45,850 nt of DNA from Candidatus Levybacteria bacterium RIFCSPHIGHO2_02_FULL_40_18 (GCA_001782235.1 MFOC01000003.1:1-45850); one strand, 5' to 3'; positions 35,585 through 45,300 are shown, counted from the stretch's first letter. Numbers and translations: made by a program. Notes: generated by a model not told the origin, from the letters alone.

Positions 35585-38317
35585 TCAAATAACAAAATTT
35601 ATAATGCGGCCGGGGATGTAAATGACGTTTTTCACGGATTTTCCTGCAACGTATTTTTCGACTTCTTTTCGCGCGAGAGATTCGACCTCATTCTTTTTTC
35701 CAATGTTCGAACTATCAATCGTGACTTCTCCTCGTCTTTTTCCATTCACCTGAACCACAACGGTAACTTTTTCTTGGACTAAATATTTTTCATCATATTT
35801 TGGCCACTCACTAAAGTGAATGGAATCACGAATCATGAATTTTGAATCATGGTTAATTTCCCCTTGATTCTTGCTTCTTGCTTCATGCTTCATTTCTTGC
35901 CATACCTCCTCCGCCAAATGTGGCGCGAACGGTGCGAAAAGCCTGAGATATGATCTCGCGGTTTGCTGCGACCATGATTTATTGTTGTCCGAAATGAAGT
36001 TGTAAAATTCCATTAGCCTTGCTATTGCCGTATTATAAGAGAATTCTTCAATGTCAAGCGTTACTTTTTTAATGGTCTTATTTATCATTTGAAGTGTATC
36101 TTGATTGTCCTCCCCGAACTCTTTTGTGGTAAACAAGTTCCAAACCCTGCGCACGAAACGGTGCATTCCTTCGATTCCGGTATCGCGAAAATCTCCACCT
36201 TGAGAAAATGGGCCAAGAAACATAAGATAAAGCCTTAAAGTATCGGCTCCGAATTTTTCAATGTAAATGTCAGGAACAACTATGTTGCCACGCGACTTGC
36301 TCATTTTGGCACCCTCTGAGATAATAAGTCCGTGCGCAAAAAAGCGTGGGAAAGGCTCGGCGAAAGGCAAAGCTAGATCATGGATCTTAGATCTTAGATT
36401 TTGGATATTGATTTTCGATCTATTATCTATGATCGATAATCTATCATCTAAATTTAGATCATGCAATACCATCGCTATAAAACGAACATATAAAAGATGT
36501 AGCACCGAATGCTCTGCTCCGCCAATGTAAATTGCTATGGGACACCACCGCCTTACGATCTTCAGATCGTAAGGAATGTCCAATTTCAAATTTCCAATTT
36601 CCAATGGTTGATCCGATTTGATGTCTTTAGAACTAGTTCCTTGCTTCTTGATTCTTGCTTCTTGATTCTGAATGCTCAAATAGCGCAGGTAGTACCAGGA
36701 TGAGTCTAAGAAGGTATCGGAAACATCCGTTTCACGTTTTGCAGAACTATTACAGGATGGGCACTTTGTTTGGTAGAACTCCGGATGGTTTGCTAAAGGA
36801 GACGTTCCTGTTCCTTCCGGCCGCCAATCTTTTACGTCAGGGAGCTCGACCGGCAACTGTTCTTCCGGTACTGCTCGAATCATATGTTCCCTCCCGTCAA
36901 TTATTGCGTAATCCCTGCCTTCGATCAGTTTTGAATTTTGAGTTTTGAGTTTTGAGTTTCCCCAGCATTTACGACAGTAAATGATGGGAATCGGCGGGCC
37001 CCAATATCTTTGGCGTGAAATCAACCAATCCCGCAGATGATAAGTTGTTTCTGGTCCTCCGGCTCTGTACCTCTCAAGCCACTGGGCTATTTTCTTCTTT
37101 GCTTCGGCCGAACTCAAACCTGAAAACTCACCTGAATCAAATAAAACCCCGTCCCCGGTGAAACACTCCTCAAGACTATCGATTCGCTTATCTTTTTTTT
37201 TGTCTCCTGTATGCAACGTAGGCTTAAGTCGAATACCATACTTTTTGGCAAATTCAGTATCGCGCTCGTCATGCGCATCTCCAAACAAAGCACCTGTACC
37301 GTAGCCCATTACCGCGTAATCTGCGATCCAAATAGGAATTTTCTCTTTGTTAACCGGGTTTATACCATATAGACCGGAAAATACGCCAGTTTTTTCTTTG
37401 TTCTCGATCCTCTCCTTATCCGATTTCTTTTTCGCCTTTTCAATATATTGCTGGACAAACTTATCTCTGATTGACGTTGAAATCGGGTGCTCAGGAGCAA
37501 GCACTAAAAAGGTGGCGCCGAACAAAGTATCTGCTCGTGTAGTAAACACCTCTATCTCCTTAATTTTTAACTTTGAATTTTGAACTTTGAACTTGATTCG
37601 GGAACCCTCTGATTTTCCTATCCACTGGCGCTGGGCAATCTTTATCTTTTCCGGCCAATCAATCTGGTTCAAACCATTAAGAAGTGCATCAGCATATGCG
37701 GTAATTTTAAAGAACCATTGTTCGAGGTCGCGCTTCTCGACAACTGACGAACAACGCTCGCAGCGCCCGTCGATTACTTGTTCATCCGCTAAAACGGTTT
37801 TATCCGAAGGGCACCAATTGACCCGGGCTTTTTTGCGGTAAGCCAACCCTTTTTTAAACATTTGTACAAATATCCACTGTGTCCATCTATAATAATCCGG
37901 ATCATAAGTCTCTAAAGTCCTTGTCCAGTCATAAGCGTTTCCGGTTGCCCGAAGCTGTCTATAAAAATTCTTTTCTGAAATTTTGGCCTGCTCTCTCGGG
38001 TGGCGGCCAACCGCAAGCGCATAGTTCTCAGAATGTATGCCAAACCCGTCAAGTCCGATCGGCTCAAAAACATCCTTACCCTTCATTCTCATGTAGCGAC
38101 CGTGAATATCTGCTCCTGTAAAAGCATACATATTCCCTACATGTAGGCCCTCTGCCGAAGGATATGGAAACATCATTAGTGTGTAGTAGGGATTTTTAGC
38201 ATTTTTAAGATCAGGCGAAAAAGTTTTATTTTCCTCCCAATATTTCTGCCATTTGACCTCAATCTCTTGCGGTTTATACTGCGCCTTCCTATTCATAGCA
38301 CAATTATACCTAATCAT
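35585..38317 (-). CDS. leuS: Leucyl-tRNA synthetase with several low-complexity in-frame insertions
   Basis: PYPSAEGLHVGN (HIGH region), KMSKS, WCPSDKTVLADEQV, VFTTRADTLFGATF, RDWLISRQRYWGPPIP. The likely true start is MNRKAQYKPQEIEVKWQKYW, with its ATG at complement 38294-38296. Confidence 0.95.
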   Translation of the reverse strand: MIRYNCAMNRKAQYKPQEIEVKWQKYWEENKTFSPDLKNAKNPYYTLMMFPYPSAEGLHVGNMYAFTGADIHGRYMRMKGKDVFEPIGLDGFGIHSENYALAVGRHPREQAKISEKNFYRQLRATGNAYDWTRTLETYDPDYYRWTQWIFVQMFKKGLAYRKKARVNWCPSDKTVLADEQVIDGRCERCSSVVEKRDLEQWFFKITAYADALLNGLNQIDWPEKIKIAQRQWIGKSEGSRIKFKVQNSKLKIKEIEVFTTRADTLFGATFLVLAPEHPISTSIRDKFVQQYIEKAKKKSDKERIENKEKTGVFSGLYGINPVNKEKIPIWIADYAVMGYGTGALFGDAHDERDTEFAKKYGIRLKPTLHTGDKKKDKRIDSLEECFTGDGVLFDSGEFSGLSSAEAKKKIAQWLERYRAGGPETTYHLRDWLISRQRYWGPPIPIIYCRKCWGNSKLKTQNSKLIEGRDYAIIDGREHMIRAVPEEQLPVELPDVKDWRPEGTGTSPLANHPEFYQTKCPSCNSSAKRETDVSDTFLDSSWYYLRYLSIQNQEARIKKQGTSSKDIKSDQPLEIGNLKLDIPYDLKIVRRWCPIAIYIGGAEHSVLHLLYVRFIAMVLHDLNLDDRLSIIDNRSKINIQNLRSKIHDLALPFAEPFPRFFAHGLIISEGAKMSKSRGNIVVPDIYIEKFGADTLRLYLMFLGPFSQGGDFRDTGIEGMHRFVRRVWNLFTTKEFGEDNQDTLQMINKTIKKVTLDIEEFSYNTAIARLMEFYNFISDNNKSWSQQTARSYLRLFAPFAPHLAEEVWQEMKHEARSKNQGEINHDSKFMIRDSIHFSEWPKYDEKYLVQEKVTVVVQVNGKRRGEVTIDSSNIGKKNEVESLARKEVEKYVAGKSVKNVIYIPGRIINFVI

Positions 38318-38352
38318 ATCCCTAGTAGCTAGTCACTAGTTGCTAATTTAAG

Positions 38353-38361
38353 TGGTATAAT
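38353..38361 (+). promoter_or_regulatory. Extended -10 promoter TGGTATAAT (cassette B)
   Basis: Same nonamer and same spacing to the conserved leader as at 26427-26435. Confidence 0.6.
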
Positions 38362-38375
38362 CAGGTCAAGTTCAG

Positions 38376-38498
38376 AAGGAACTTTCCCAAACTCGCATAA
38401 AAGCTGTGTGAGAACTGGCTATTGGCTTTTGACGCTTTGCTTCTGGCTTATGCTAACAGCTAAAGGCTAAATGCTAACAGCTATTTGGGATCGCACCT
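38376..38498 (+). promoter_or_regulatory. Conserved 123-nt 5' leader, copy B
   Basis: 122 of 123 positions identical to 26449-26571. The internal ATG (ATGCTAACAGC...) hits a stop after 8 codons here, so the leader is non-coding. Confidence 0.6.
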
Positions 38499-38538
38499 GA
38501 AAAACTAACCACGGACAAAATCAAGGAGGTTTCGCCGG

Positions 38539-38703
38539 ATGAAAATAACTCTTGTGGGAATCATCATCGTTCTCCTTAGCAGCATGGTCGCCTATGGCAT
38601 CTTAATCCGGGTATTCGGAGAAAACACAGGAGGATCAATCTTTATCGGTGCCTTTGTAATTATGCTTAGCCTTTACCTTCTTAGCAAGCGGAGCAAGCCT
38701 TAA
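38539..38703 (+). CDS. 54-aa two-TM small membrane protein
   Basis: AAGGAGG lies 9 nt upstream of the ATG. Sequence: MKITLVGIIIVLLSSMVAYGILIRVFGENTGGSIFIGAFVIMLSLYLLSKRSKP. Below the ORF-track cutoff. Confidence 0.55.
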   Translation: MKITLVGIIIVLLSSMVAYGILIRVFGENTGGSIFIGAFVIMLSLYLLSKRSKP

Positions 38704-38743
38704 GGCACTCATAAGCCTCAATTTAAGAAAGGGGAGGGTAATT

Positions 38744-39169
38744 GTGAGGTCCCAGCCTCAATTGCGCGCGTTGAGACGCATCCAGTACCTAGTCTGCCTA
38801 TGGTCGGGAACGCTCATGATGCTTCTTGCAATCTTTGTGTTTGCGACCATCCCCGGGGAAAAAGGGAGTGATCTAACTCTAGGTGTCTCGAATGAGGTAC
38901 CAAGCGTTTTGTTCTGGAAGGCAGGACACCTGTTTGGCTTTGCGCTTTTTGCCGGGTTTTTAACCCTTGCGGCAAGCGCAACATTTAACCAGAACATCCC
39001 AGGCGCCAGGATCAAAGCAGTGGTTATTATCGTCGGGATTCTTATGGCGATAACAACCGAGCTCCTTCAGAGCTTTGTCCCGGGGCATATACCCGCAATC
39101 TACGATATCGGCATTGACGTTGCTGGTACTGCTCTCGGAATAAAGTTCGCTATTCTATGGCGAAAGTAG
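38744..39169 (+). CDS. VanZ-like family membrane protein
   Basis: KAGHLFGFALFAGFL, ITTELLQSFVPGHIPAIYDIGIDVAGTALGI. GTG start preceded by GGGGAGG. Confidence 0.6.
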   Translation: MRSQPQLRALRRIQYLVCLWSGTLMMLLAIFVFATIPGEKGSDLTLGVSNEVPSVLFWKAGHLFGFALFAGFLTLAASATFNQNIPGARIKAVVIIVGILMAITTELLQSFVPGHIPAIYDIGIDVAGTALGIKFAILWRK

Positions 39170-39184
39170 TAAAAGGAGGCGCCG

Positions 39185-39277
39185 ATGCAGCCACCGATTG
39201 AAGCGCTCGTCTTTGTTCTCGTCATTCTGACGATCATTAGCGCGATCGTCAAGTCACGCGATCGAAGGCAGCCATGA
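39185..39277 (+). CDS. Possible 30-aa single-TM peptide
   Basis: AAGGAGG lies 5 nt upstream of the ATG. Sequence: MQPPIEALVFVLVILTIISAIVKSRDRRQP. Confidence 0.35.
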   Translation: MQPPIEALVFVLVILTIISAIVKSRDRRQP

Positions 39278-39419
39278 ATAACGTCCGTGGGAAAGGAAGC
39301 GCTCTTTCGCCTTATTGGCGAATTCCGATTCATCGGAAACAAATACACAAATTGAGCGCTTCCTCCACACTTCCTCGAACATACTCGATACTGAATATTC
39401 AATACTGTATACTATAAAC

Positions 39420-40055
39420 ATGAGGTTTTTCGCTCAGTCAGCTACTTTGCTTTTAGCATCGAGTCTTGTTTTGATTATAATCTCCACCCCTCTTTCAGGC
39501 TATATGGTTCCAATACTTGGTTTCATAATAGCTTTTTCAGTCATACTTATTGTTATTCGACAAAGAACCCGATCGCGCCTGCCTGCCGACAGGCAGGGCG
39601 AGGAGCTATTCGTTGGCTCAAACAAAGAGGTGTTTACGATCACACTTGCCCTTCTTCTTGCCATATTTTTAACAGGCGGAATTAATTCAAATCTTTTCTT
39701 TTTGCTATACTTTATTCTTTTTGGAATTGTATTTCTCTTTGAGCCCGCGACCGTTTTTGTGCTAGTTGTGGGCTTCGGGCTTGTGTTCTTCCAGTCTCTG
39801 GGGGAAGGGGATTTGATTGGAAATCTTGTTAAGCTTGGATCTTTAGCATTTCTATCTCCTATCTGCTACTTTTTCGGTCGAGAATTCCAAAAAACAAGAA
39901 AGCTATCCGAGGAAGTTGAAGATAAAACCGGCCAGATCATTGAGGATGCCGAGACGCTCAAATCTCATATGCGAAACCAAGATGAAATTGAAGAAATTGA
40001 AGATATAGAAGATCAAGCGGAAGAACTCCGCAAGGAATCGGAAGAAAACGAATGA
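39420..40055 (+). CDS. Polytopic membrane protein with a highly acidic C-terminal tail
   Basis: Internal ATG of track ORF 39315-40055 (MRFFAQSATLLLASSLVLII...). Tail EIEEIEDIEDQAEELRKESEENE. A perfect 8-bp palindrome is inserted in frame (RSRLPADRQGEE). The stop overlaps the next start (ATGA). Confidence 0.65.
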   Translation: MRFFAQSATLLLASSLVLIIISTPLSGYMVPILGFIIAFSVILIVIRQRTRSRLPADRQGEELFVGSNKEVFTITLALLLAIFLTGGINSNLFFLLYFILFGIVFLFEPATVFVLVVGFGLVFFQSLGEGDLIGNLVKLGSLAFLSPICYFFGREFQKTRKLSEEVEDKTGQIIEDAETLKSHMRNQDEIEEIEDIEDQAEELRKESEENE

Positions 40056-40744
40056 AAGCCGCAGGCGCAATGATATCTTTAGTTATATTTATAGTCATTT
40101 TTATATCCCCTGCTTCTGCTGTAACAATGCATGGAAGTCAGTATGTAATTGAATCTGATATTAATTCTTCTGGAAGAAAATCAACCGAAACCTCGGGGAA
40201 AATTGGCACAAACTATAAAGTTCGAGCCGGTTTCCAATATGTAAACTCCATAATGCCCTTCACTTTTTCCATATCAACTACTAACATTAACTTTGGCACG
40301 CTGGTTCCGGGCGAACCTGTTACTCGAGATAATACTTTAACTGTCTCGCACGGCTCGGCCCCGGGATACCAGGTGAATCTTGAGAAAAACCATCCATTAA
40401 GAATATCTTCAACGAACATTGATATTCCAGACACAACCTGTGAGGCCGGAAATTGTTCGCATACGCAACCGGGGGCTTGGACTTCTCTCTTAACCTATGG
40501 ATTTGGATATAGATGCGACAATCTGTCAGGAACAGATTGCGACCCGGGTTTTACAACTTCAAGAGACTACTTTAAACAGTTTCCGACTGCCGAAACAAAT
40601 GAATCCTCTCAAGTTGTTATGAGTAGTACCAATGCAAGTATAAAACCAACGGCAAAGATCAGCTATAAAGTGAATATCTCCGCAAGTCAAGCTAGAGGTA
40701 TATATCAAAATATAATAAAGTATATCGCAACTCCTTCCATATAA
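40052..40744 (+). CDS. Secreted protein, possibly a distant WxL-domain-like surface protein
   Basis: Signal peptide ISLVIFIVIFISPASA. FTFSISTTNINFGTLVPGEPVTRDNTLTVSHGSAPGYQVNLE and the C-terminal ARGIYQNIIKYIATPSI resemble the two WxL motifs, with Y in place of W. By eye only. Confidence 0.45.
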   Translation: MKAAGAMISLVIFIVIFISPASAVTMHGSQYVIESDINSSGRKSTETSGKIGTNYKVRAGFQYVNSIMPFTFSISTTNINFGTLVPGEPVTRDNTLTVSHGSAPGYQVNLEKNHPLRISSTNIDIPDTTCEAGNCSHTQPGAWTSLLTYGFGYRCDNLSGTDCDPGFTTSRDYFKQFPTAETNESSQVVMSSTNASIKPTAKISYKVNISASQARGIYQNIIKYIATPSI

Positions 40745-41163
40745 CCTACCCTACAGCCAGTGTTTTCCACATTTTCACAAGTAAGATATCATGCTTCGTG
40801 AATTATTATTATTTAAACCTAATACCGGTTGGACTAATCAAAAAAATTACTCGCCGATTCCTATTTCAATTAATATTGTAAAATCAGGCTAAACTAATAT
40901 GTCAAGTTTTTAACACTAGGGAAAGCTGATTGCTATTTCTAAAAATATTTTTTTCGTTTTCGAAGTTTCTATTTTGATATAGTTACAAAATTTGTCCCCT
41001 TTATTTCCACATTTTATTTATGCCTTCACATTTTTCAGAAAAATTTCGAAAAATTCGGCTTTCGGTAATTGTGAAATCCGATTTTTTTAGGTTTTTATTA
41101 CCGCACCTTACCTAGGCCAAATTACTTATTGCTTCTTGGTAATTAATATCCTATTCTATATTC

Positions 41164-42159
41164 ATGAAAAAGGTTCTCTGGCTTTTGGCTTTTGGCTTTT
41201 GGCTTTTGGCCCTTATGTTTCCGATTGTCTATTCTATTCCCTTAAGCGTAAGCGCTCAAAAAAACAAAGGCCAGTTCTCGCTTGGTATTTATCCGCCGAT
41301 TTTTGAAATCAACGCGCAAGCTCCGGCAAATATAGACGCCAAAATTAATATCCAAAATTTAAGCGAGTTCAGCCAGAACCTATCAATCACCTTCAAGTCT
41401 TTCAGGCCGGACGAAAAGGGAGACGGAACCCTTAGGTATGAAGCTGCCCCCCCAACCCTTCAGAAAATTAAGGTTTACGATGGAGAAAATCCTTTGGAAC
41501 AAATCACGCTTGATCCCTTTGAGTCCCGTGATCTTGCTCTTAAGATGGATATCGAGTCTAATACGCCCGGGGGTGATTATTACTTTTCAGTAATCTTTTT
41601 GTCGCAAGAGAATCAAGACTCAAAGATTTCTCAATCTAAAATAACCGGAGGGATAGGCACTAATGTAATACTGTCAGTTGGCAGGAAAGGCCCTTTCAGG
41701 GGACAAATTAAGGAGTTCAGCATCCCCCGCCTTGTAACTCACGGCCCCGTACCTATTACTTTACTACTTGCGAATAATAGCAGTTACTATTTAAATCCGA
41801 CAGGCAGAATAATTATTCAAGATATGTTTCACAGAGAAGCGGGACAAATTAATATTTTACCTCAATATGTTCTTGCTAATTCTTCTCGCTTTATGAAAGA
41901 TTCTGATCAAGCCTCTCCAACCTTCGAGCGTGCGGCTCAAATCGAAAGGTTAGAGAGCGACCATCCTGTTTTAATCTGGCCCGAAACGTTTCTCTTTGGA
42001 CTATACACAGCCTATGCCCATATTAAACTATCCGAGAATGGACCGGTATTTGAAACTAAGGCTAGTTTTATCGCCATACCGGCTTATATGCTCTTTGCTA
42101 TTTCATTCTTGGCCTTTGTCCTTATCGGAATATACCTTCGCGTGAAAAAGAAAATCTAA
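41164..42159 (+). CDS. Surface protein with C-terminal TM anchor, DUF916/DUF3324-like (partner of WxL proteins in Firmicutes)
   Basis: Signal peptide. FSLGIYPPIFEINAQAPANIDAKINIQNLSEFSQNLSITF resembles the start of DUF916. C-terminal AIPAYMLFAISFLAFVLIGIYLRVKKKI is an anchor. A heptanucleotide repeat lies in the signal-peptide codons. Confidence 0.5.
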   Translation: MKKVLWLLAFGFWLLALMFPIVYSIPLSVSAQKNKGQFSLGIYPPIFEINAQAPANIDAKINIQNLSEFSQNLSITFKSFRPDEKGDGTLRYEAAPPTLQKIKVYDGENPLEQITLDPFESRDLALKMDIESNTPGGDYYFSVIFLSQENQDSKISQSKITGGIGTNVILSVGRKGPFRGQIKEFSIPRLVTHGPVPITLLLANNSSYYLNPTGRIIIQDMFHREAGQINILPQYVLANSSRFMKDSDQASPTFERAAQIERLESDHPVLIWPETFLFGLYTAYAHIKLSENGPVFETKASFIAIPAYMLFAISFLAFVLIGIYLRVKKKI

Positions 42160-42391
42160 TTTAAAATTTCACGATTCCCAGCAACCCGAACTGAATGTAT
42201 CAAAATATATCGACGGAAACATATGAATTACTCTAGGTTATTGACATTGCTCATCATAATAGTCTACTCTTTAAGTATGATCAATATAAACAGTATAATT
42301 TGTATAATCTTGTGCGTACCATGCTTAGGAATTCCCGCAAATTTTTCAGGCAGGGTTTGCGAGGTGTAATCGATATTTTCACAAGCATTTC

Positions 42392-45300
42392 ATGAAAGAC
42401 ATGAACAGGCTGCCTGATTTACTTAGAAATTATCTTCTGTCAAAGAAGGCTTTTTCGCCGTTAACTTCTAAAAACTACGTCTCAGACATTCGAAAGTTCA
42501 TACATTGGTTTGAGCAATCGTTCGGCAAAAACTTCCAGGCGCAAGACTTCACTCCCGATGTAATTACTTTGTTTGAAAAAACGCACGGCGCAATAATCAC
42601 CCCTGATGCCCCTGATACTCTTGATACTCGTGATACCCTTAGGATTTCTTCTCGCTCATTCAAGAGATACTTTTCTTCCCTTCGAAAATTTGCCTTATTT
42701 CTTGTTGAGGAGGGTTATCTTGAAGAGAATCCTTTTAACAAACTAATGGCCAAAAGCCAACAATCAAGAACTAAACAAGATCCGTGGTTTTTAAAAGACT
42801 TTAAGGACTACCTTTACATATTCGGAGCTTCTAATCTAACTATTAAAAACTACTTAGTTGATCTAAATGCTTTTACAAACTGGGCTGAGAATGCTTTTAA
42901 AACCGATCTAAATATATCAAAAGATTACATTTCAAGCATAACATCTGAGATAATAGATGCGTATAAACAACGGCTCATCTTACTCCTAAGACTATCCCCT
43001 AAAACAGTAAATAGGAAACTTTCATCAATCAGGAAATACCTTGAGTTTGCCTCTTCACGAGGATACATTGGCAGGCAATTTCCAATTTCCCCCTCGGCTT
43101 CGCTCGGGGCAGGCAATTTCCCCGACTTCCCCAAGGCTTCTCGGGGAGAGCAATTTCGAATTTCAGAAGAGGGAATGAAGCTTCAAGATATTGAAGAAGA
43201 AGAAACCGGTCAAACGTCCCAGTCAAAGGGCGGTCAGCCTTTGGCAGAAAAAATACCGCCTGTCAGATTGCTTCAAAGACTGCTAACTCCCTACGTTTTT
43301 TTTGAAGATATTATCGCTTCAAAAATTGCCGAATTAATTAAGCATAAAAAGTTGTCACGTAAAGCCGAGATCAGCTCGAATCGGCTCCCAATCAGCGTAG
43401 ATCAGAAAATAAAAAATATTCCCGCGCGTATTCCGTTGCACAAACAGCTGATTTATCACGCAAGATATACACGACCTAAATGGTACAAAACATATCACAG
43501 TTATTCATTTTCCCATTACTTTCACTTGGCTATCCTTATCATTTACGCCTCTATTGTAGGATTTCTTATATACAATAATCTTTTTCCAGAGCCTTCCCAA
43601 ACAGCTCTTGCGGTACCTGCTGGGGCTAAAAAAGTCCTGTCTTTCCAGGGAAGACTTACGGACTCAAGCGATAATCCAATTACGAATCCAACAGATATAA
43701 GGTTTGCATTATATGAAAACGCAACCGCAACGGGATCTGCTCTTCTTTGGCAAGAGGTACATCATGCTCTTACCCCCTCAAAGGATGGGGTTTTCTCAAT
43801 TCTACTCGGAACTAAAAATGACATTGACGGCAGTCTGTTCCGTGACCATGACCTTCTTTGGCTTGGGATTTCGGTTGGTACGACCCAGGAGCTTATCCCG
43901 CGTCAAAGAATTGCCGCTGTTTCCTACGCGGCAAATTCTGAAACTCTTTCCGGAATGCTGTCCATAACCGACCCAAGCGCGGGAGCGACCAACGTAGTTC
44001 TTGCACTCGACTCCTCCGGAAAATTAACCATGGGAGGAACGGCTTCTCCTACTTTTGCCGCAACCGGCGGGAGATTTAAGCTCTCAGGAACCACACTTTC
44101 ACTCTCGACAGAGGAAAGTTCTAGCGGTGATGTGGATATTTCACCGGACGGCATAGGCAAAATAGATTTGCAAAAACCTATCATTAATGATACGGCCAAT
44201 GGCAATCTTTCGGGAGGTGCAGTTGAGATAAATGACAAGGTCGCGATTTTGGCAACCGAATCCGCAGTTGCTGCTTTCGTTATAAATAATATGGACGTTG
44301 GTGATCTAATCACGGCTTCTGCCTCAGGTATACAAAGATTTACTTTGGCCAATGATGGCGATCTTACCCTCAACGGAGCAGATACAATTACTGCATCCTC
44401 TCTTTCAACATTTACTACCGCGGAAATTCTTTCATTTTCACAAGATTTAGCCATATTGGGTAATGATATAACCAACGCTACGCTCAATCTTGGTGGGGGA
44501 GGAGCCGCAACGCTAGGCACAGTATCAGATGACAATCTAACAATTACTCCTAATGGTAACGGAGAGCTGACATTAACATCTGACTTTGACACCGGTGTCA
44601 ACATAGGAGCATCAACAAACACCCAGGCGCTATTGTCGATCTCAGGAGGAATAGGATCCAATGCCGCGTTAATAGTCAATCAAACAAATTCAGGAGATAT
44701 ATTTTCCGCATCTTCTTCAGGGACTACAAAATTTGTATTGGGAAGTTCGGGCACAATCACTCTTACTTCTGGCATTGCCGAATCTTCCTCAGGACAATAT
44801 CTTTGCATAGATACGACAACCTATGAAGTTGGACGAAGCAACGCCGCCTGCTCGGCGTCTTCTGAGCGCTTCAAAGAAAATATTAAGAACCTTTCCTTGG
44901 GTCTTGATGAAGTTATGAATCTTCGTCCGGTAACCTTTACTTTTAAGCCTGGATTGAACCTTGGAAGTGACAGCGAAGTCGGATTTATAGCAGAAGAGGT
45001 TGAGAAAGTTATCCCTGAACTTGTTTCTTATGATAGGGAGGGCCGCCCGTCCGGCGTCAATTATCCCAATATGACCGCGCTTTTAACTCGTGCAATACAA
45101 GAACTCGCACAAAAACTTGAGACAACAACTCAATCTTTCACTACTATGGGTGGGCAAGACCTCCGTGACTATATCTCGCAACTCATTAACGAAGCTATAA
45201 GTCAAAAGTCACAAGTTATAAACCCCTTGGCAAGTATTGAACAGATCCATACAAATGTAATTTCGCCGCTCTCACAAGGTTCGGAAATTGCAGTTTCTCT

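Noticed and set aside
35390-35782. 130-aa plus-strand ORF spanning the leuS / hypothetical-gene junction
   Set aside because: It is antisense to two well-supported minus-strand genes and has no RBS or recognisable motif.
39315-39419. N-terminal 35-aa extension of the membrane protein ORF
   Set aside because: It uses a non-ATG start inside the conserved trailer and inverted-repeat region. The hydrophobic protein begins naturally at ATG 39420.
42392-43500. Integrase gene marking a mobile element, or a prophage tail-fibre gene
   Set aside because: Only the SAM-like core-binding domains are present, with no catalytic R..HxxR..Y domain. No other phage or mobile-element genes flank it. The S74 domain is embedded in a cellular-type TM-anchored giant protein.
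43924-44679. 251-aa minus-strand ORF
   Set aside because: It is an antisense shadow inside the giant plus-strand gene (42392-45850), with a low-complexity Ser/Ala/Val/Pro composition and no start context.
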